Shown in pieces: positions 1-13,455 of a stretch of 64,000 bases of DNA (positions are counted from its first letter, which is position 1; every line of letters begins with the position of its first letter). The stretch is from NCBI GenBank assembly GCA_050084985.1, contig JBITNC010000001.1:205406001-205470000 (forward strand), given 5' to 3'. The DNA comes from Nageia nagi (lineage: Eukaryota > Plantae > Pinophyta). Both the position numbers and the translations under genes were made by a program. Below the pieces are notes generated by a model. The model searched no databases. It worked only from the letters and a program-made list of their open reading frames with translations, and was not told where the DNA came from.

Positions 1-185
1 CACTTAATACTTCAAGGTATCCTAGGTAGCTTAAGTATGTAGTGAATAAGGTAATGTAAATTCACTAATACTTAAAGGTATCCTAGATACCTTAAGTATG
101 TAGTGAATAAGGTAATGTAAATTCACTAATACTTAAAAGTATCCTGAAATATATTTTAAGTATTTGTGAATAAAATAATGTAACT
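1..185. repeat. ~61-bp tandem repeat, about 3 copies
   Basis: Unit cactaatacttaaaggtatcctagataccttaagtatgtagtgaataaggtaatgtaaatt recurs at 1, ~64 and ~125 (third copy diverged). Confidence 0.85.
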
Positions 186-1607
186 TGTCCTACACTCCAT
201 CTTATAGACATGCCCCTTGGGTAAAAGGTTGTTACATGTCATGACTTTGTACAATGGTTAAAAGAGTGATCCAAGGGAAGATTTTGGCCTATAAATAAAG
301 GGCCTTCTCTTTGAGATTACTCACTCAAGTCTGTAGTACTGTTATGCTTTAGGATTGTTAGGAGTAGTAGGAAGAGCTGTTGTAAGAGAGTGCATCTTGA
401 TAATAAAGATCCTAGATTAGTGGATGTACTCCCATGCTTGGCGGAAACACTTTACATTGGTGTTAAGTTTGTGAGATTGGCTATTGTGTTATGCTATTAT
501 GTTGATGTTTTAAAGAGCTTTCTTGTGATTTTGGTTGAATAGAGATTTAGGCTATTAGGCTTAGTTCTCTAAGATCGGGTTAGGTCCTATTGAGGAATGT
601 TTGGAGGAACATGACTAATAGAGCATGGGCATTACCCCAATATTCTAGCCATTTATGCAAGTGGTGTTGCTCCATCTCCACCTTGGTAGCCTAAGCGCAT
701 ATTTGAAACCAGGTATCATGAAACACCTCTATCTTGTTAATTTACCCTATTTTATGTTCCATTTTGTTGATATCTACATTAGGAGAAATAGGGAATGTAT
801 TCTTGCCCATTAGGGTTTGATTAAAATTTTGGTTGATTTTGTGAGAAGAGGTGCTAGATTTGTTGTACCCCTACAAGAAATTGCTCTTGATCCACCTCCT
901 TTGGAGAATCACCCTTCTTTCCTTGTCCAACACCCTCCTCTTTCTCCTTCCCCTTCCCAGACATCCCCTCCCCCCTCCTCTCACTCTTTGAGCCATCTAC
1001 CACCATCCCCACCCCTATTATCAACTTGTCCTCTTATAAGTCCTTTGTTCTTAGGGTCGCTCTATGACTCACACTTCTTTGTTTGATGAAGAAGGGTTGA
1101 TTTTCAAAGGTAAAATATGAAATAGAAGGTGGATTTCTTCAAAATTATACAAGCCTTTCAAGACTCAATGAGGAATGCCTGGACTTGGTTGAAGTTTAGA
1201 GCAGGAAGCGTCCTTCAAAGCATAAGAAGAAATGTTGATTTCACTTCTTTTTCAAGAGAAGTTATTTTATAAAAAGTTAGGAATGGGTGGCAACAAAAGC
1301 AGTTAGGTTGGCTACAAGAGCTCATTTCAATGATATGTACGCTACGCAAAAGACGAGAAGTAACAAATGGGCAATCATCGTAGCTTCTACAAAAGATGAC
1401 ATTCCCTTGTGTGTGTCGATTGAGAAGCAAGGTGGTCTCATAGAAGCTGAAATAACTGCGTGTTTGACTTTCTTGGATTTAGGCATGTCAACACCGCATG
1501 TTGTAAAAAATAGTGACTTAAATCTGGACTGTCTTGTAAGAGTGGTGGACTTAGATGATAACTTTGGTGACCATGGTTTGACCAATACCCATGCCTCTAT
1601 TGCATAG
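186..1607 (+). mobile_element. Possible decayed LTR plus gag-like remnant (Copia-like)
   Basis: TATA-like cctataaata at ~288. The motif gtggatgta...gaaacactttacattggtgtt at ~420-465 resembles a common plant LTR motif. ORF 1287-1607 (KWAIIVASTKDDIP) weakly resembles Copia gag. No second LTR seen. Confidence 0.3.
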
Positions 1608-3719
1608 AGCTAGGTTGGTTAGCAACTTAGCATGATGAATGTATTTTGTCTCATATGGCTACTATATTGAAGATCTAATGACATTTTGTAAAAACAAGTT
1701 TTGGGCCCCTATATAAAAAACTCATTAATAAATTTACCCTAATAAAAAAAAAAAGAAATTGAATCTTTAGTTCATCTTGAGAAAGGAGAACTGCATTCTT
1801 CTCAAATTGCGGAAGTTCATGTTTATGGTCATAATACTACTACTTTTCCTTATCATCCTATTGAGCATAATAGTGTTTATAAAATGATTAATTTGATTGA
1901 GGAAGCCAATTTCTAAGAAAATTTTCTCCATGATATGATTGACCATGTTAATAATCATGAAGATAATATTGATGATGTGGTAAATGTGGTTGAGCATGAA
2001 GACTATTATGAATCCTGCATAGATGAAGCATTGGATTTACTCATTGTCATTTAGTATGAACTTTTGTTATTCTATTACTTGGATTTTGTCAAAGGCACAT
2101 GGTTGTTTACTTATCAATTGTTTGATTTAATCCATTTCTTGAATATATATACAATGTGAAAATCACAAAGGGTCTCATGAAAATCTGATCATCCCATGAA
2201 GTTCTCTTATATTATTTGATCATCCCAAGGGTATGCGTACTCAAGGATGGTAGGGTATAGGGACCTGATTTTAGGGGATAGCTTGAAAATGACAAAATAT
2301 ATAACAAGTAAAAATTCCCAAAAATTTTAGAATTTTTAGAAATAAAGATAGTGTCTAATTCTACATTCATATTATCAATTCATCGATTCAATGAATCATT
2401 GAATTCATTCATGAAACATTCAATTTGAAATCAAATATGAAATTAAATATCAAATAGTAAAACTTAAAATTAAAATTAAAAATACAAAATTAAGAACTCA
2501 AAATACTGAAACTTGAAATTTGAAAGTGAAACTAAGTTACTAAAATAATAATATTCACATATGAATGAGCAATAGGCTAATAGCATAATCAATGAGCCAT
2601 AATTATATAATGTCATTAAGTTGAATTAAGTACATAATATTAATAAATAATATCATATGTGAAGTTAAAATGATTATAATGTTATATGTGAAGATAAAAA
2701 TGAAAGCTATCCTCCTCAACATCATCCAGTTGAAGAGCATCCACCAATTATAATTTTGATGTTGTAAAGAAAAAGGGGATGGTTGGTTGTCCCTGGGAAC
2801 GTTCAAAATGTCCTCAAGGACAGTTAAATGTCTTCCAGTTGTCCCCTTTTTCCCTTTTATTAGGTATGGCTCGCTAAGGCCTGAAAACATTTCAGGGACA
2901 ACCTTTGCCATTTACTCCAAAAGGTGTACGACAAGAAAACATCCCCTTCGATGTACTCACGTTTCATGGGATAGGGAGATAACGAAACGCATCCCTCAGG
3001 TTGGGGGATGTGTCATCGTGTTTCCTTGATCACCACATATTATAATGTTATGACCTTGTATGCATATTTCACGTCCTTGGATTTTAGACATTAATGTGTC
3101 ATTATTATTATATGACGAATCAAGACTATTGTACTCTCACCTTTGTAGATTTTCTTCTTCTAGCATGTATTTATTCTCATGGACAACGATGTTAGACTAT
3201 TGTACAACTCACTCCATCATAGAGATATTTGTTGCAAGGAACTCTTGTGAGGTTATGGCAATTTATAGTGTGAAAATTGAATGATGATTTGATATATGGG
3301 GCAATAGATTTACAATTAAAATAGCACAATGGAAGTGTGATAACGACAAGGAACTTATTGAAGGAATAGTATAGGAATATACTTTGGATCATAATAGAAT
3401 ACAAATATAGCATTATAAAGAAGCAATCAGCAAAAAAGCAACAAGAACAAAATTCTAAGAAGACTCCATGCAAGAAGAGGGATTATCAAATGCACATGAA
3501 GCCTGTTGTGCCCACACAACACATCCCAAGATGCAGTGTTGTGCCTCCACAACACTCCCCAAATTTTTTTGCATTTTGAGGACCCTCGAAAGTCATATAC
3601 GAGTGCATGGAAGTAATTTTGTCTAAGGGAATGTATGCATCATGTTTAGCTACGAGGAAACATGTTAAGTTTGTACGTTCATGAGCAAATATTAGTTAAG
3701 AAATTGCATGATTTTCCTT

Positions 3720-5260
3720 ACGTGCATGTTTTGAAGGACATGATCTTGCACATCCCCAAAACAGTGCACCCTCCTTCATGTTGCATTTTCAGTACTCACA
3801 CTTGCATTTTGGGCCATTAAAAATGCATTTTTAGGTCACTCATACTGCAAAATATATTCCCCTTTCATTGTTTCTTCATTCAAGAATCATCCTAGTCAAG
3901 TTTTCGAAGAAAACCATGTTTTCCAGGTAGTCGCATGTTTTGAGGGACATGCTTTTGCATGCCCCAGAATGGTGCGACCAGGGCTGAGAGCTTTCATACT
4001 TAGAATATTTATGCAAAATCATGAAGAAAAGGTCTAGTCACATGCTTTGAGGAACATGCTTTTTCCATGTCCCAAAACGATGTGACCAAGGTGGTGGACA
4101 TTCCATACTTAGAATATTTTTGAATTCATCTGGCATGCAAGGAGAAAGAGGTAGTCACACATTTTAAGGGACATGCTTTTGCATGTCCCCAAATCAGTGC
4201 AACCAGGGACATGAGTCTCTATACTTAGCCAATTTTCAAGAAAAGTACCAAGATAGCTTAGGTGCATGTTTAGAGGGACATGCTTCTTCATGTCCCCTAA
4301 ATGGTGCGCCCAATTTTGAGCAATGAAATTTGGCTAAGTGTTGGGCCCAAATGTTGACAAGTGTGGCTACATGCATTTGACCCCCTCTTACACCTATCAC
4401 AAGGCAACACCTGCCCCATCCAAGAAGGCTCTAAAAAGGAAGTCAGCCCCCAGTTATTATGTTTAAAAGGTTAAGTCTGGAGCACTACGTGGAGTAAAGT
4501 AGAAAAGCACGTCCCTTAAAACATGTGTCCTATTTCAAATTGCATTTTTCAAGTCATTTTCATTATTTTTGGAATCTCCTACCTGGGGAGGTGTGCAAAG
4601 GCCAATCGCATCATTGTAGTACATGCTAGGGCACTCCCCCAAATCCATGCACCCAATCCTAGACGTCTTGGCTCAGGGGTCAAATTGACTAAGTGTTGGA
4701 GTTCAAGAAGAGAGGGCAAGGCACATACTTCAAGGTGCATACTTTTGCACCCATTTCAAAGGGTGCAACCAAGAAACAAAAGTTCTTAAGTGGCATGAAA
4801 ATTGGCTAAGTCCCTTTATTGGGCACACACATTCTGGCACATGCTTTTGCACTCATTCAAAACCATGCGCCCTATACTCCACCATACCATTCGACCTCAT
4901 TTTCAACTAACCAAAGGGTGACACGTAGCAACCTGGAAAACTATAAATACTAAGTCACCCCTTAGTCATTTTCATCACTTCATTTCAAATTTGTACTAAG
5001 ATCCCCAATCGCACCATTCTAGGGACATACTTGAGCACTCATCCGAATCAATGCACCAAGGAGAAATAAGTAAGAATTTGTTTGTGCAACTAGTTAGCCA
5101 TTTTCAAGTAAGGCATTTCGTTTGAGCCCAAGAAACTGAGGCGCATGCTTTGCAGTACATGCTTTTCCACTCAACCCAATCCATGCGCTCAGGTGTGAAG
5201 TGAAGAAATGATGCCCTAAATTTGACTAAGTGACCCAGAACCTAGTCGCATGCTTTCCAT
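3720..5260. repeat. Dispersed array of ~48-bp imperfect palindromes in element A
   Basis: Example at ~3930-3978: gtcgcatgttttgagggacatgcttttgcatgccccagaatggtgcgac. Related copies at ~3722, 4036, 4153, 4261, 4735, 4836 and 5141. Confidence 0.75.
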
Positions 5261-5576
5261 GTAGTGAAAAAGGATTCATCTCAAACTGTGAAACTAGGGT
5301 TGCAAGTTGAAATTGGCTGAGTTTGAAATGGCAAGAGTTGAGAAGAGAAATAGACAAGTGGCATGCACACAATCTATCATACATACACCCTCCATGCATC
5401 TCATATAAAAAGGGTAGCCTTGATTCATTTTGTTAGACGTCCTGCAGCCTAGACCTACAAATTTGACCTCTTTTTTGCTACATGTTTCAAGGTGTCCAGA
5501 TTCATCTCTGAACTCTTCTAAGGGCATTTACAACCATTCTTTATCCTTTTTTTGCATCATTTTTCAGAATTCTAAG

Positions 5577-8500
5577 ATGTCTTCCAAAGTGAAGCCACCC
5601 CCACTCAAAGCCAAGAAAGTTCAAGGGTAGTTGTTCGAAAGACATGTTACGAAGGACCAGATGACAAGGCTCTTGAAAGAGAGCCAAATAGAAATTCAAG
5701 AAAGAGAAAGACCAGAGCTCCCTGAAGCCAAATTCAAGGGGTGATAAGTCTTTGTTGGAGACACAAACTGGGGAAATCTTGACCCCATCCAGACCATAGC
5801 CTCCACCGCCTCCATCAGTAAGGAGGACCTATCAGATGAACTTATCCACACCCGTGGATTGTTCAATGCTACCATGATGCCTTTTCCAGTACCATTTCCT
5901 GACTTGTGCTGCGAGGTAGCCAAGAGATGTAGATTTAACAAGAGAGTCCTTTTGGACAAAGAGGGTAATGTGATCTTGGACTTCTCCCTCAATGGAATTG
6001 AAGGAGCCTTTGGCTAGAAAAGATACGAGGATGATTATACATTGGAAAATTTAGAAGAGTTCCATGATTCTACTACCCAACCTAGGGACTACATTCGAGC
6101 ATGGATTTATGAAGATTACCAAAACATCTAGGGCCAAAGGTTAGTCAGCACCCAAAGGGAGGAATTCCTACCTACTATGGACAAGTTGATCACTTTGTTG
6201 TCCAAAGTTACGAGCCAAGAGAATGATTCCAAGTACAAGAAAGAGTTCACAATTTATTGCAGTGATTAGCTTGGGGAGAGCTATTAGATGGAGTAGGGTG
6301 ATTAGTGATGTCCTGCACCACCAACTGGCCTTCTTTGGCTCCTCGATGAGATTTTATATGAACTCCTACCTTGTATACATGTTGCATGGCAAGCTTAGAT
6401 CCAAAGAGCTTGCAGATGAAAGATACTTGGGTCAAAAAAGCATTCATGTGTGGCGGGTTTACTCGAAGTGGTGGTATACAACAAATTTTAGCATTTCTAT
6501 GAGAGGAATGACCAGTGGAAGTATTCTAGTTACAAAGACACCAAAGGGGAGTCCGTCGTGAAGAGAATTTTTGATGCAACCATTCAGGCCATTAGCACAC
6601 ATGCAAATTTCTATCTGCAGCATGTTGATCATACATTCATCGAAGTCTATGGCTCCGAAGAGCAACCCCTAGTTGTGCCTAGATATGCTAGATCTAAAGA
6701 GGTCTCACTCAGGATCAAGACGTCTCCTCCTCCTGCCAATGTTCCTCCACAAGGCAATACACCTTTGCTTCTCGCTGGGAAGAGACAAGAAGCTCCAAGG
6801 GAGCACATCCCAAGCCCTAGCACAAACAGTGTGGTGATGGCCGATTTGAGAGATGATGGCTATTGCACTGTCCCCTTGGATATGTTGAAGGATGTTTGTG
6901 TCGATGATTCACCCACATAAGTGATTCCTTCTAGACCCACTTGTCCTCTTGGATGTAAGGAAAAGGTTCCCCCACTGCAACCAAGTTCCAGCTCGTTTGA
7001 GCATTCCACTTCTTCCGATGAAGAGACTAAGAGCCAGGTTAGTGGTGAAGTCATGGTGAAGAAGAAGAAGAAGATAACGATGATGTTGTTGCTGATGAGT
7101 ACTACCCCGAACAAGACAATGTAGTTGTAGGTGCTTCCGCACCTGATGAGACGGAGATTGAAACTCTCCCAAATAATGATGAGATTGTGGACATAGGGAC
7201 CTATGATGATGATGAGGTCCAAGTCATTGGAGTAGAGTGTGCCAGAGAGGTGGGTGCCTCCAAACCTTGTCGTTCCAAGCATAGGAAAAGGTCACCCTCG
7301 TCTTGCCAAAAGCCCTTTATGAAGAGGACAAGCCATGAGAGATGCCCTCAACCCCGGAAGAAAAGCATATCAATTGGTGGTGATGGAGGAGATGAAGAAG
7401 ATGAAGGGGAGACTGAAGAGTAGAAAAAAAAGAGAAAGCAGGATGAACACCAGGGTTGGGAGGTTGCCCTTATTCAAACTACTCTAACCAAAGAAGTCAA
7501 GAAGGTTAGCAAAGGTCGATTATTGGTGCAGAGGTTTCCTCCCCAGCCAGCAATCGAGCATCTAGACCTTGACCTAGATGCCTACCTTAGAGCCCTCAAT
7601 ATCAATAAGGCTCATGATGAGGAGATAGACCAGGACTTGCATTCTGAAGATGAAGAGGAGGAGCTCTTTAATGGTGAGAAGATTAGAAGAGTTGACACAT
7701 TTGTTTCCACCTCCCAGAAGGAGATCTCCATTAATCACTATTATTCAAAGGAGAAGCATCCTCAAAGGGAGAAAGATTGTGTGATAGAGACATTTAAGAT
7801 GCCTGTAAAGTTGGGACTAACAGCCCGCAAACACATAGTTACTAAAAATGTTGCAGTCATGGAACATGAGGGTTATGAAGCTAAAAAAGAGGTGAAGAGG
7901 CTGAAAAGGGAGCTCATGACCAACAGGAAAAGCATTAAGGAGTTGCAGAACATCAGTACCACCCCTCTTGATATGAAGAAGAAGATGATGGACACCATTG
8001 AGAAGTTATCTTCTCAAATTTACAAGCTCCTAGAAGGTGTTGAAATTCAGGACCATAGAGCCCAAATCACAACACATCTTGACAAGTTGGACAGCTACCT
8101 CCCCAATGTCTCCCACTTGCAGCAAATTTTCATAGACAAGCTCGAGAAATTGGTCCATTGCCATTAATTTACTTACAATCATGATTGGCTGAAGCATGCA
8201 TTGGAAAAGTGCAATGCAATTTTGAAACTTAAAATCCCCTCGAGGAAGGAGATCAAGGAGCAAATAAGCAAGTATGTCTATCAGCTAAGATTCCAGGGAG
8301 AGGATAACAACGTGAGGAAGAAGGAATCAATATTGGCAGAGGCTCAAAACTTAATATAGGAGCATCTAGACATCGATGACCTCAGTTTGCTGAAGGCAGG
8401 GCATCCTATCGTCCATGAGAGATAGATTGACATCTAAAGATACCAGATGCAAGCTACATCTGAGGAGATTGAGGACTATTTTCGGCAAAATGGCAGCATC

Positions 8501-8619
8501 ATTGGCATGATCTCCAGGGGCATGCGAAAGATTGTGGCATTCTTGGAGGAGACCATTGAGTTGTACGATCTCACCAGCAAAGAGTGGAACTCCGCTAATA
8601 CTGGATTAGATCTAGCCTA
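5577..8619 (+). pseudogene. Decayed extra-ORF gene of element A (homolog of the 1172-aa ORF)
   Basis: ATG at 5577 follows a pyrimidine tract and CAG. Frameshifted pieces ATMMPFPVPFPDLC, RWSRVISDVLHHQL..FYMNSYLVYMLHG and HANFYLQHVDHTFIEVYGSEEQPLVVPRY are followed by acidic and coiled-coil segments (ORFs 6223, 6558, 7187, 7523). Confidence 0.75.
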
Positions 8620-10759
8620 GATCAAATCCACTCGTAGATCCCATTTGCAATTATCTTTCTTTTAATAAATGCATATTTTATGATGGTTGTTGTTATGTCA
8701 AATTTCTTTTACTCAATTTGACTGGTGTAGGAATGAGGTTTTGCTCCTACTAGATCAAATTTGTTAGACTCATTTATGACTCTGACCAGTGCAGGGATGA
8801 GGTTTTGCTCCCGTTGGTTTAGATGTTAGACAATTTTTGCATATCTGATTTACTTTTGCATAGTTTAGAAGTAGATTAAATGCATTTTGATAGTGGCATT
8901 TATATTTTGTCAGTTTTTAAGTGCCACTTGCATCATTTTACAAGAATAATCTGATTTTGTATCGGTATGTGTGTTGCGTGTGTGCACACCATATTAGATT
9001 TAATGCCTTTAGGGCAACACTTCTGATGGCCTATTTAGAGAGGGATTTTGGCATTTGGGATTTTTGCATAATGTTGATTGCATGAGATTTTGCATTTGTA
9101 AGAACTAGAGGAATTTCTTTGCATTTGCAAAACCAAAAATTATAGAGCATATGTGCCATTTCTGCATATCATTGTCTATCTGTGAAGATTTTGCACATAT
9201 GTGAATTTGCATCTAAAAGATTCAACATTCCATTGCATAGAAGTTCACTGCATAAGGGGTTCTATGCTTGTTATGATTGTGTATCGTTACATATCCGCTA
9301 TACTTTGAATATCATGTTAATGATATTGCTATCAAGCAAGGAATGTTATTGCTCATGTCATTGAACATCATTATGAATTGATTTCTTTCCAAAATAGTGC
9401 TATAAAGTAAATACTGTGGAGATTGTCATTTGTGGGATTATGCATGTCTGAATAGTTTTTCTTTTTGAAGTTGCACATTGAATATTAGTTGAATTGGTTT
9501 TAGCTATTCTTTGCATGATTTGCACACAAGTGATTGTATTCTGACGCATATAGCTTGTCACCATGCCATTCGGTTAGGCCTGTGTATTCACGCCCTCACT
9601 TCATTTACTCTTGTTCCATCGAGTCTACCACCAAGACCCTACAACTTCCTGCTCTCACCTGGTAGTGATTTGAGCGCATATTGCTATTTGCTTCTAGACT
9701 TGATAGTGAGCCACCTACCTTAATGAATCCGAAGATGACCTACTGAGACACTGCATCACTGGTGATATCTTCATAAGTCCATCTTTCCTTATATTCCTAT
9801 GCACTTATCCCTATGTTTGTCCTTGCATTTGTGATCTTTCTTCACTTTGGTTCACATTTGAAGTCTTTTCTTATCGTGGAGAAGAACCCTGACAGTGTGT
9901 ATTTCCCTTGTATATGGTTAACATCATCTTTGACTACTATGCCCTAGACCATATTCCATGTGAGCGCTTGGTGTAACTAGTCCTTTCAAGCGGAAACAAG
10001 TAACATTGTTTCCTCCAAGTCTTGTGAATGTTTTGGACTAGGAAAAAAAAACATACCAACATGCAACATTTCGGGGACTGAATTTTTGCAATGAAAATAA
10101 GTGACATTGTCTAGGCATGATCATACTACAACCAATATGGAGATTCAGAGTGGCCAGATGATCGAGCATGTACCCAAAGTCATGAAGAGAGCTCAATGTA
10201 TCCAATGGCCAGGTCAGGGCCTGGTTTTAAGCAACATCTCACAGGATGGAGTTTTGGAAATTGGAGTTTTTGAGTAAATGGCAAATGTGGCAAAAAGAGC
10301 ACATTTTGGTCAGTTTTCAGCCCAAAAAAGGCAACTATGATAGAAAGGTGCATTTTGGTCACTTTTGAGCCTAAAAAGCAAAACAATGGTCAGTATGACA
10401 GAAAAGCACATTTTGGTCAAATTTGTGCCTAAAAGTGGTCAGTATAGTCAAAATGTGCGTTTTTGCACAATTTAAGCCCGGAATGTTCGAAAATGACCAA
10501 AAATGCAAAGTTGACCTCAAAGTGCATGGAAATGTGGGAAATCATCATTTTCGCACATCTCGAGTCCCGAAATGCTCGAAAATGCAAACTTTGAGCTTGA
10601 AATAGCGAAAATGATCATTTTTCACCATTTGAGCTCGAAAATGTCCAGAAATAGCGAAAATGGTTGAAAATGCATGCTTTGAGCCCGAACATACCGAAAA
10701 TGCATAATTTGGCCTTGTAAAAGATGGAAGAGACCGAGAGTGTATAGTTAAGCCCGAAA

Positions 10760-12550
10760 TTGATTAGAAAGACAAGTTTGAATGTCCTTGGGGGATAAAA
10801 TCAAAAAATAAGATTTTTTGGTGTCCAAGAAGCCTGGGGTTGAGCCTAAAAAAATGAGTTTTTTCAAAATGCTCAAAATGAAAATTCGAGAGAAAGGTGT
10901 GATGCAAAATGATAAATTAAGGCAACTTTGCTCTTGGAAATTTTGAAAAATGAGTTTTTCCCTCCGAAAATCTAAGGGGGAGTTTTGCAAGTTTTCCCTC
11001 GCTTCATCAAATCTTGAAAATGGCCTATTATCTTCAAAACATGCACCTACCTTTTTAGGGGGGGCGGGGGGCGAAGGGGGGGGCGAATTGATTCAAAAGT
11101 GGAATTTTTGAGCTTGGGAGTGTAGAGATTGCGATTCTACATCAAATTGGTCTTTCAAGTTCGCAATTTCAACAAGTTTTGCTCCTTCAAAAGTGAAAAA
11201 AAAAATAGGAAAATGAGAAAAAGGGACAAAAGCACAGCTAATAGAAATGCTTCACATTTTCCAAAATTTCAAAAATATCAAAATGAAAATCTAAGAGAAA
11301 GGTGTGCCAAATCCAATTTTAGGCACCTTTGCTCTTGAAAATTTTGAAAAAAGTCAAAAAATGCCCTTCCTAGAGTTAGGTGTAGGTTTTGCAAGTTTTC
11401 CCTCACTTGCTCAAGTTTGGAAAATAGCCTAAAACCTCCAAAACCAACACCTACCCTTCTTGCACCCCAAAAATGCAAAAAAAAAAAATGAAATTTTTTA
11501 TCTCCATGAGTTGTAGGATGCGATTTCACACAAGATTGATGATTTGAGTTTTCCAAAAAAAAGATATTTACTCCCTCAAAAGCATCAAAAATTGATCAGC
11601 CAATGAGAGAGCTCCAAAATTTTCCAAAGTTGGCCAAATAAAAAAAGAAGAAAGAGGTAGGGTGGCAACTACAAAATGAAGCATCTTTGCTCTTGAAATT
11701 TTCAAAATTAACAAAGTTTTTCCCCTCCTAGAGTTAGGTGTTGGTTTTGCCTCCTTTCCCCCATTTCACCAAAGTTCCAAACTTGCCCATTCTTCCCAAA
11801 ACCTACGCCAAGCTTGGGAGTACTCAAAATTGCTTTGAATTTGAAATTTTTGGTCTGAAGAGCATGGGAAATCCAATTTTACACAAGTTTCATATTATAA
11901 GTTTTTGAAAAAAATGGATCTACTCCCTCAAAATCACAAAAATTGGATCAGCCAATGGGAGAGCTTGAAACTTTTCCAAATTTTTAAAACTTGAAAAATC
12001 AAAATTAGAGAGAAAGGTAGGGTGGCAAATCCAAACTTGAGCAACATTGCTCTTGGAATATTTGAAAAAACTCAAGATTTGGCCTTCAAAAAGTTAGGGG
12101 GGAGTATACCATGTTTTGGACCTTTTCAAAACTTTCCTAAACATGCCCAAAACCAACGCCAAGCTTTCTTGCCCCCCAAACTTGCTCATGCTTGCAATTT
12201 TTTGTTTCCATGAGATAGGTGGTGCAATTCTACACCATTTTGGCCTTCCATTTTGCAATTTAGACCACAAAAACTCCCCAAAAACCATCATTTTGTCCTC
12301 CAAAAGGATTCAAGGGCTGAAAAGCTCAAGAATTTGGATATTTTTTTTCTCAAAAAATCAAAATTTGAAATCCAAATCTGAAGTATGGAGGTTGAAGAGC
12401 ATCCAAAATCTATCAACTTTGCCTCAAGAAGCCCCCACATTGGACCAAACCTCCCTCTCTTAGAGTTAGGCGTAGGTTTTGCCTTCTTTACCCATTTTGG
12501 AGCACTTTCCCCAATGTTGGGCATGAGGAAAAGCCCAAAATGCAAAATTT
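10760..12550. repeat. ~360-400-bp degenerate tandem repeats in element B 5' region
   Basis: gagagaaaggtg...ctttgctcttg(g)aaattttgaaaaa...gagttaggtgtaggttttgc recurs near 10890, 11295, 11655, 12008 and 12460. Confidence 0.7.
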
Positions 12551-13455
12551 TGACTTAGGGTTGATATGGTGTTGACATGTGGCACCTTTAGATCCCCTAA
12601 GCCTATAAATACGCCCTCACCCCATCCATTTCTCTCACTACTCTCATTTGCACCCTTATGTTGCCAAAAGTTTTGAGAATTGGAGAGCTAAAGTGAGAAG
12701 GAATGCCAACATTCACCCTTGGAGGACAATTTGAAGACTTAGCATCATTGCCATTCACCCAAACTCCCTTGAACTTCAATATCCAAACATCCTCCATCCC
12801 ACATGAACTCCATTTTTCATATTTTTGAGGATTTTTACACCAAAACTCCATTTTTTAAAGCCTCAAACCTTGAATTTTTTTTCAAAATTTAAGTTTGATC
12901 ACTTTTTTAGATACCCTTTATCCTTGTGATCAACTTTTATTTTTCAGCAAAAAACAAAAAAAAATACATATGATCCAAGATCTGAGTGCCCAAAAGTCTC
13001 ATTTCTTCAAAAAAAATTCAAAAAAATCTATTAATTTTTTCAAAAACCTCTAAAAAGAGTTTTTCAAGTCCGTTTTTTCTGTTTCAAAGTTTAAAACACC
13101 TTCCCCACTCATTCCCCATCCATCTTAAGGTGTTAAAACTTAATTCTAGCATCATTTGGCAAATTCGCCAAAATTCACCTTTTCTACCTTTGAGAAATTT
13201 CTTGAAAAAGTCAACTTTTTGAGCCAAAATTTGAAAATCTTTTAAAAGTCCCAAATCTGTGCCAAGGCATTTTCCCCTAAGTCAATTACCTTTGTGTTAT
13301 CCCAAACCCACTTGAAAGACCTTGAACCTTGCAAATTTTGGCACTTTTGATGATGGCACACTTAGAATAAAATCCGAAAGTCCATTTTTTTAAAAATCTC
13401 TTTCTTTGCCCAAAAAGTGCCAGAAGCTTATTGGGACCACCTAAATAGGGACGAG

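Larger units (their letters stand above)
3537..10061 (+). mobile_element. Element A: TGTTG...CAACA single-ORF unit (6.5 kb), nested 33 bp inside element B
   Basis: Starts TGTTGTGCCTCCACAACA and ends GGAAAAAAAAACATACCAACA. Flanks TGCAG (3532-3536) and TGCAA (10062-10066) form a 4/5 TSD. Confidence 0.85.

Noticed and set aside
1767-3480. Short ORFs and possible hAT-end fragments (also 35820-36140)
   Set aside because: Low-complexity AT-rich ORFs; no paired TIR or TSD could be established.
9979-10013. Hammerhead ribozyme (retrozyme) in the conserved 3' stem-loop
   Set aside because: No CTGANGA...GAAA catalytic core arrangement is visible on either strand.
3537-10061. Elements A-F as classical cut-and-paste DNA transposons
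   Set aside because: Inverted termini are only ~5 bp, there is no recognisable DDE transposase motif, and the ORF is homologous to an LTR-element accessory ORF.
10180-13300. Many short Phe/Lys-rich ORFs
   Set aside because: Products of A/T-tract repeats in the non-coding part of element B.
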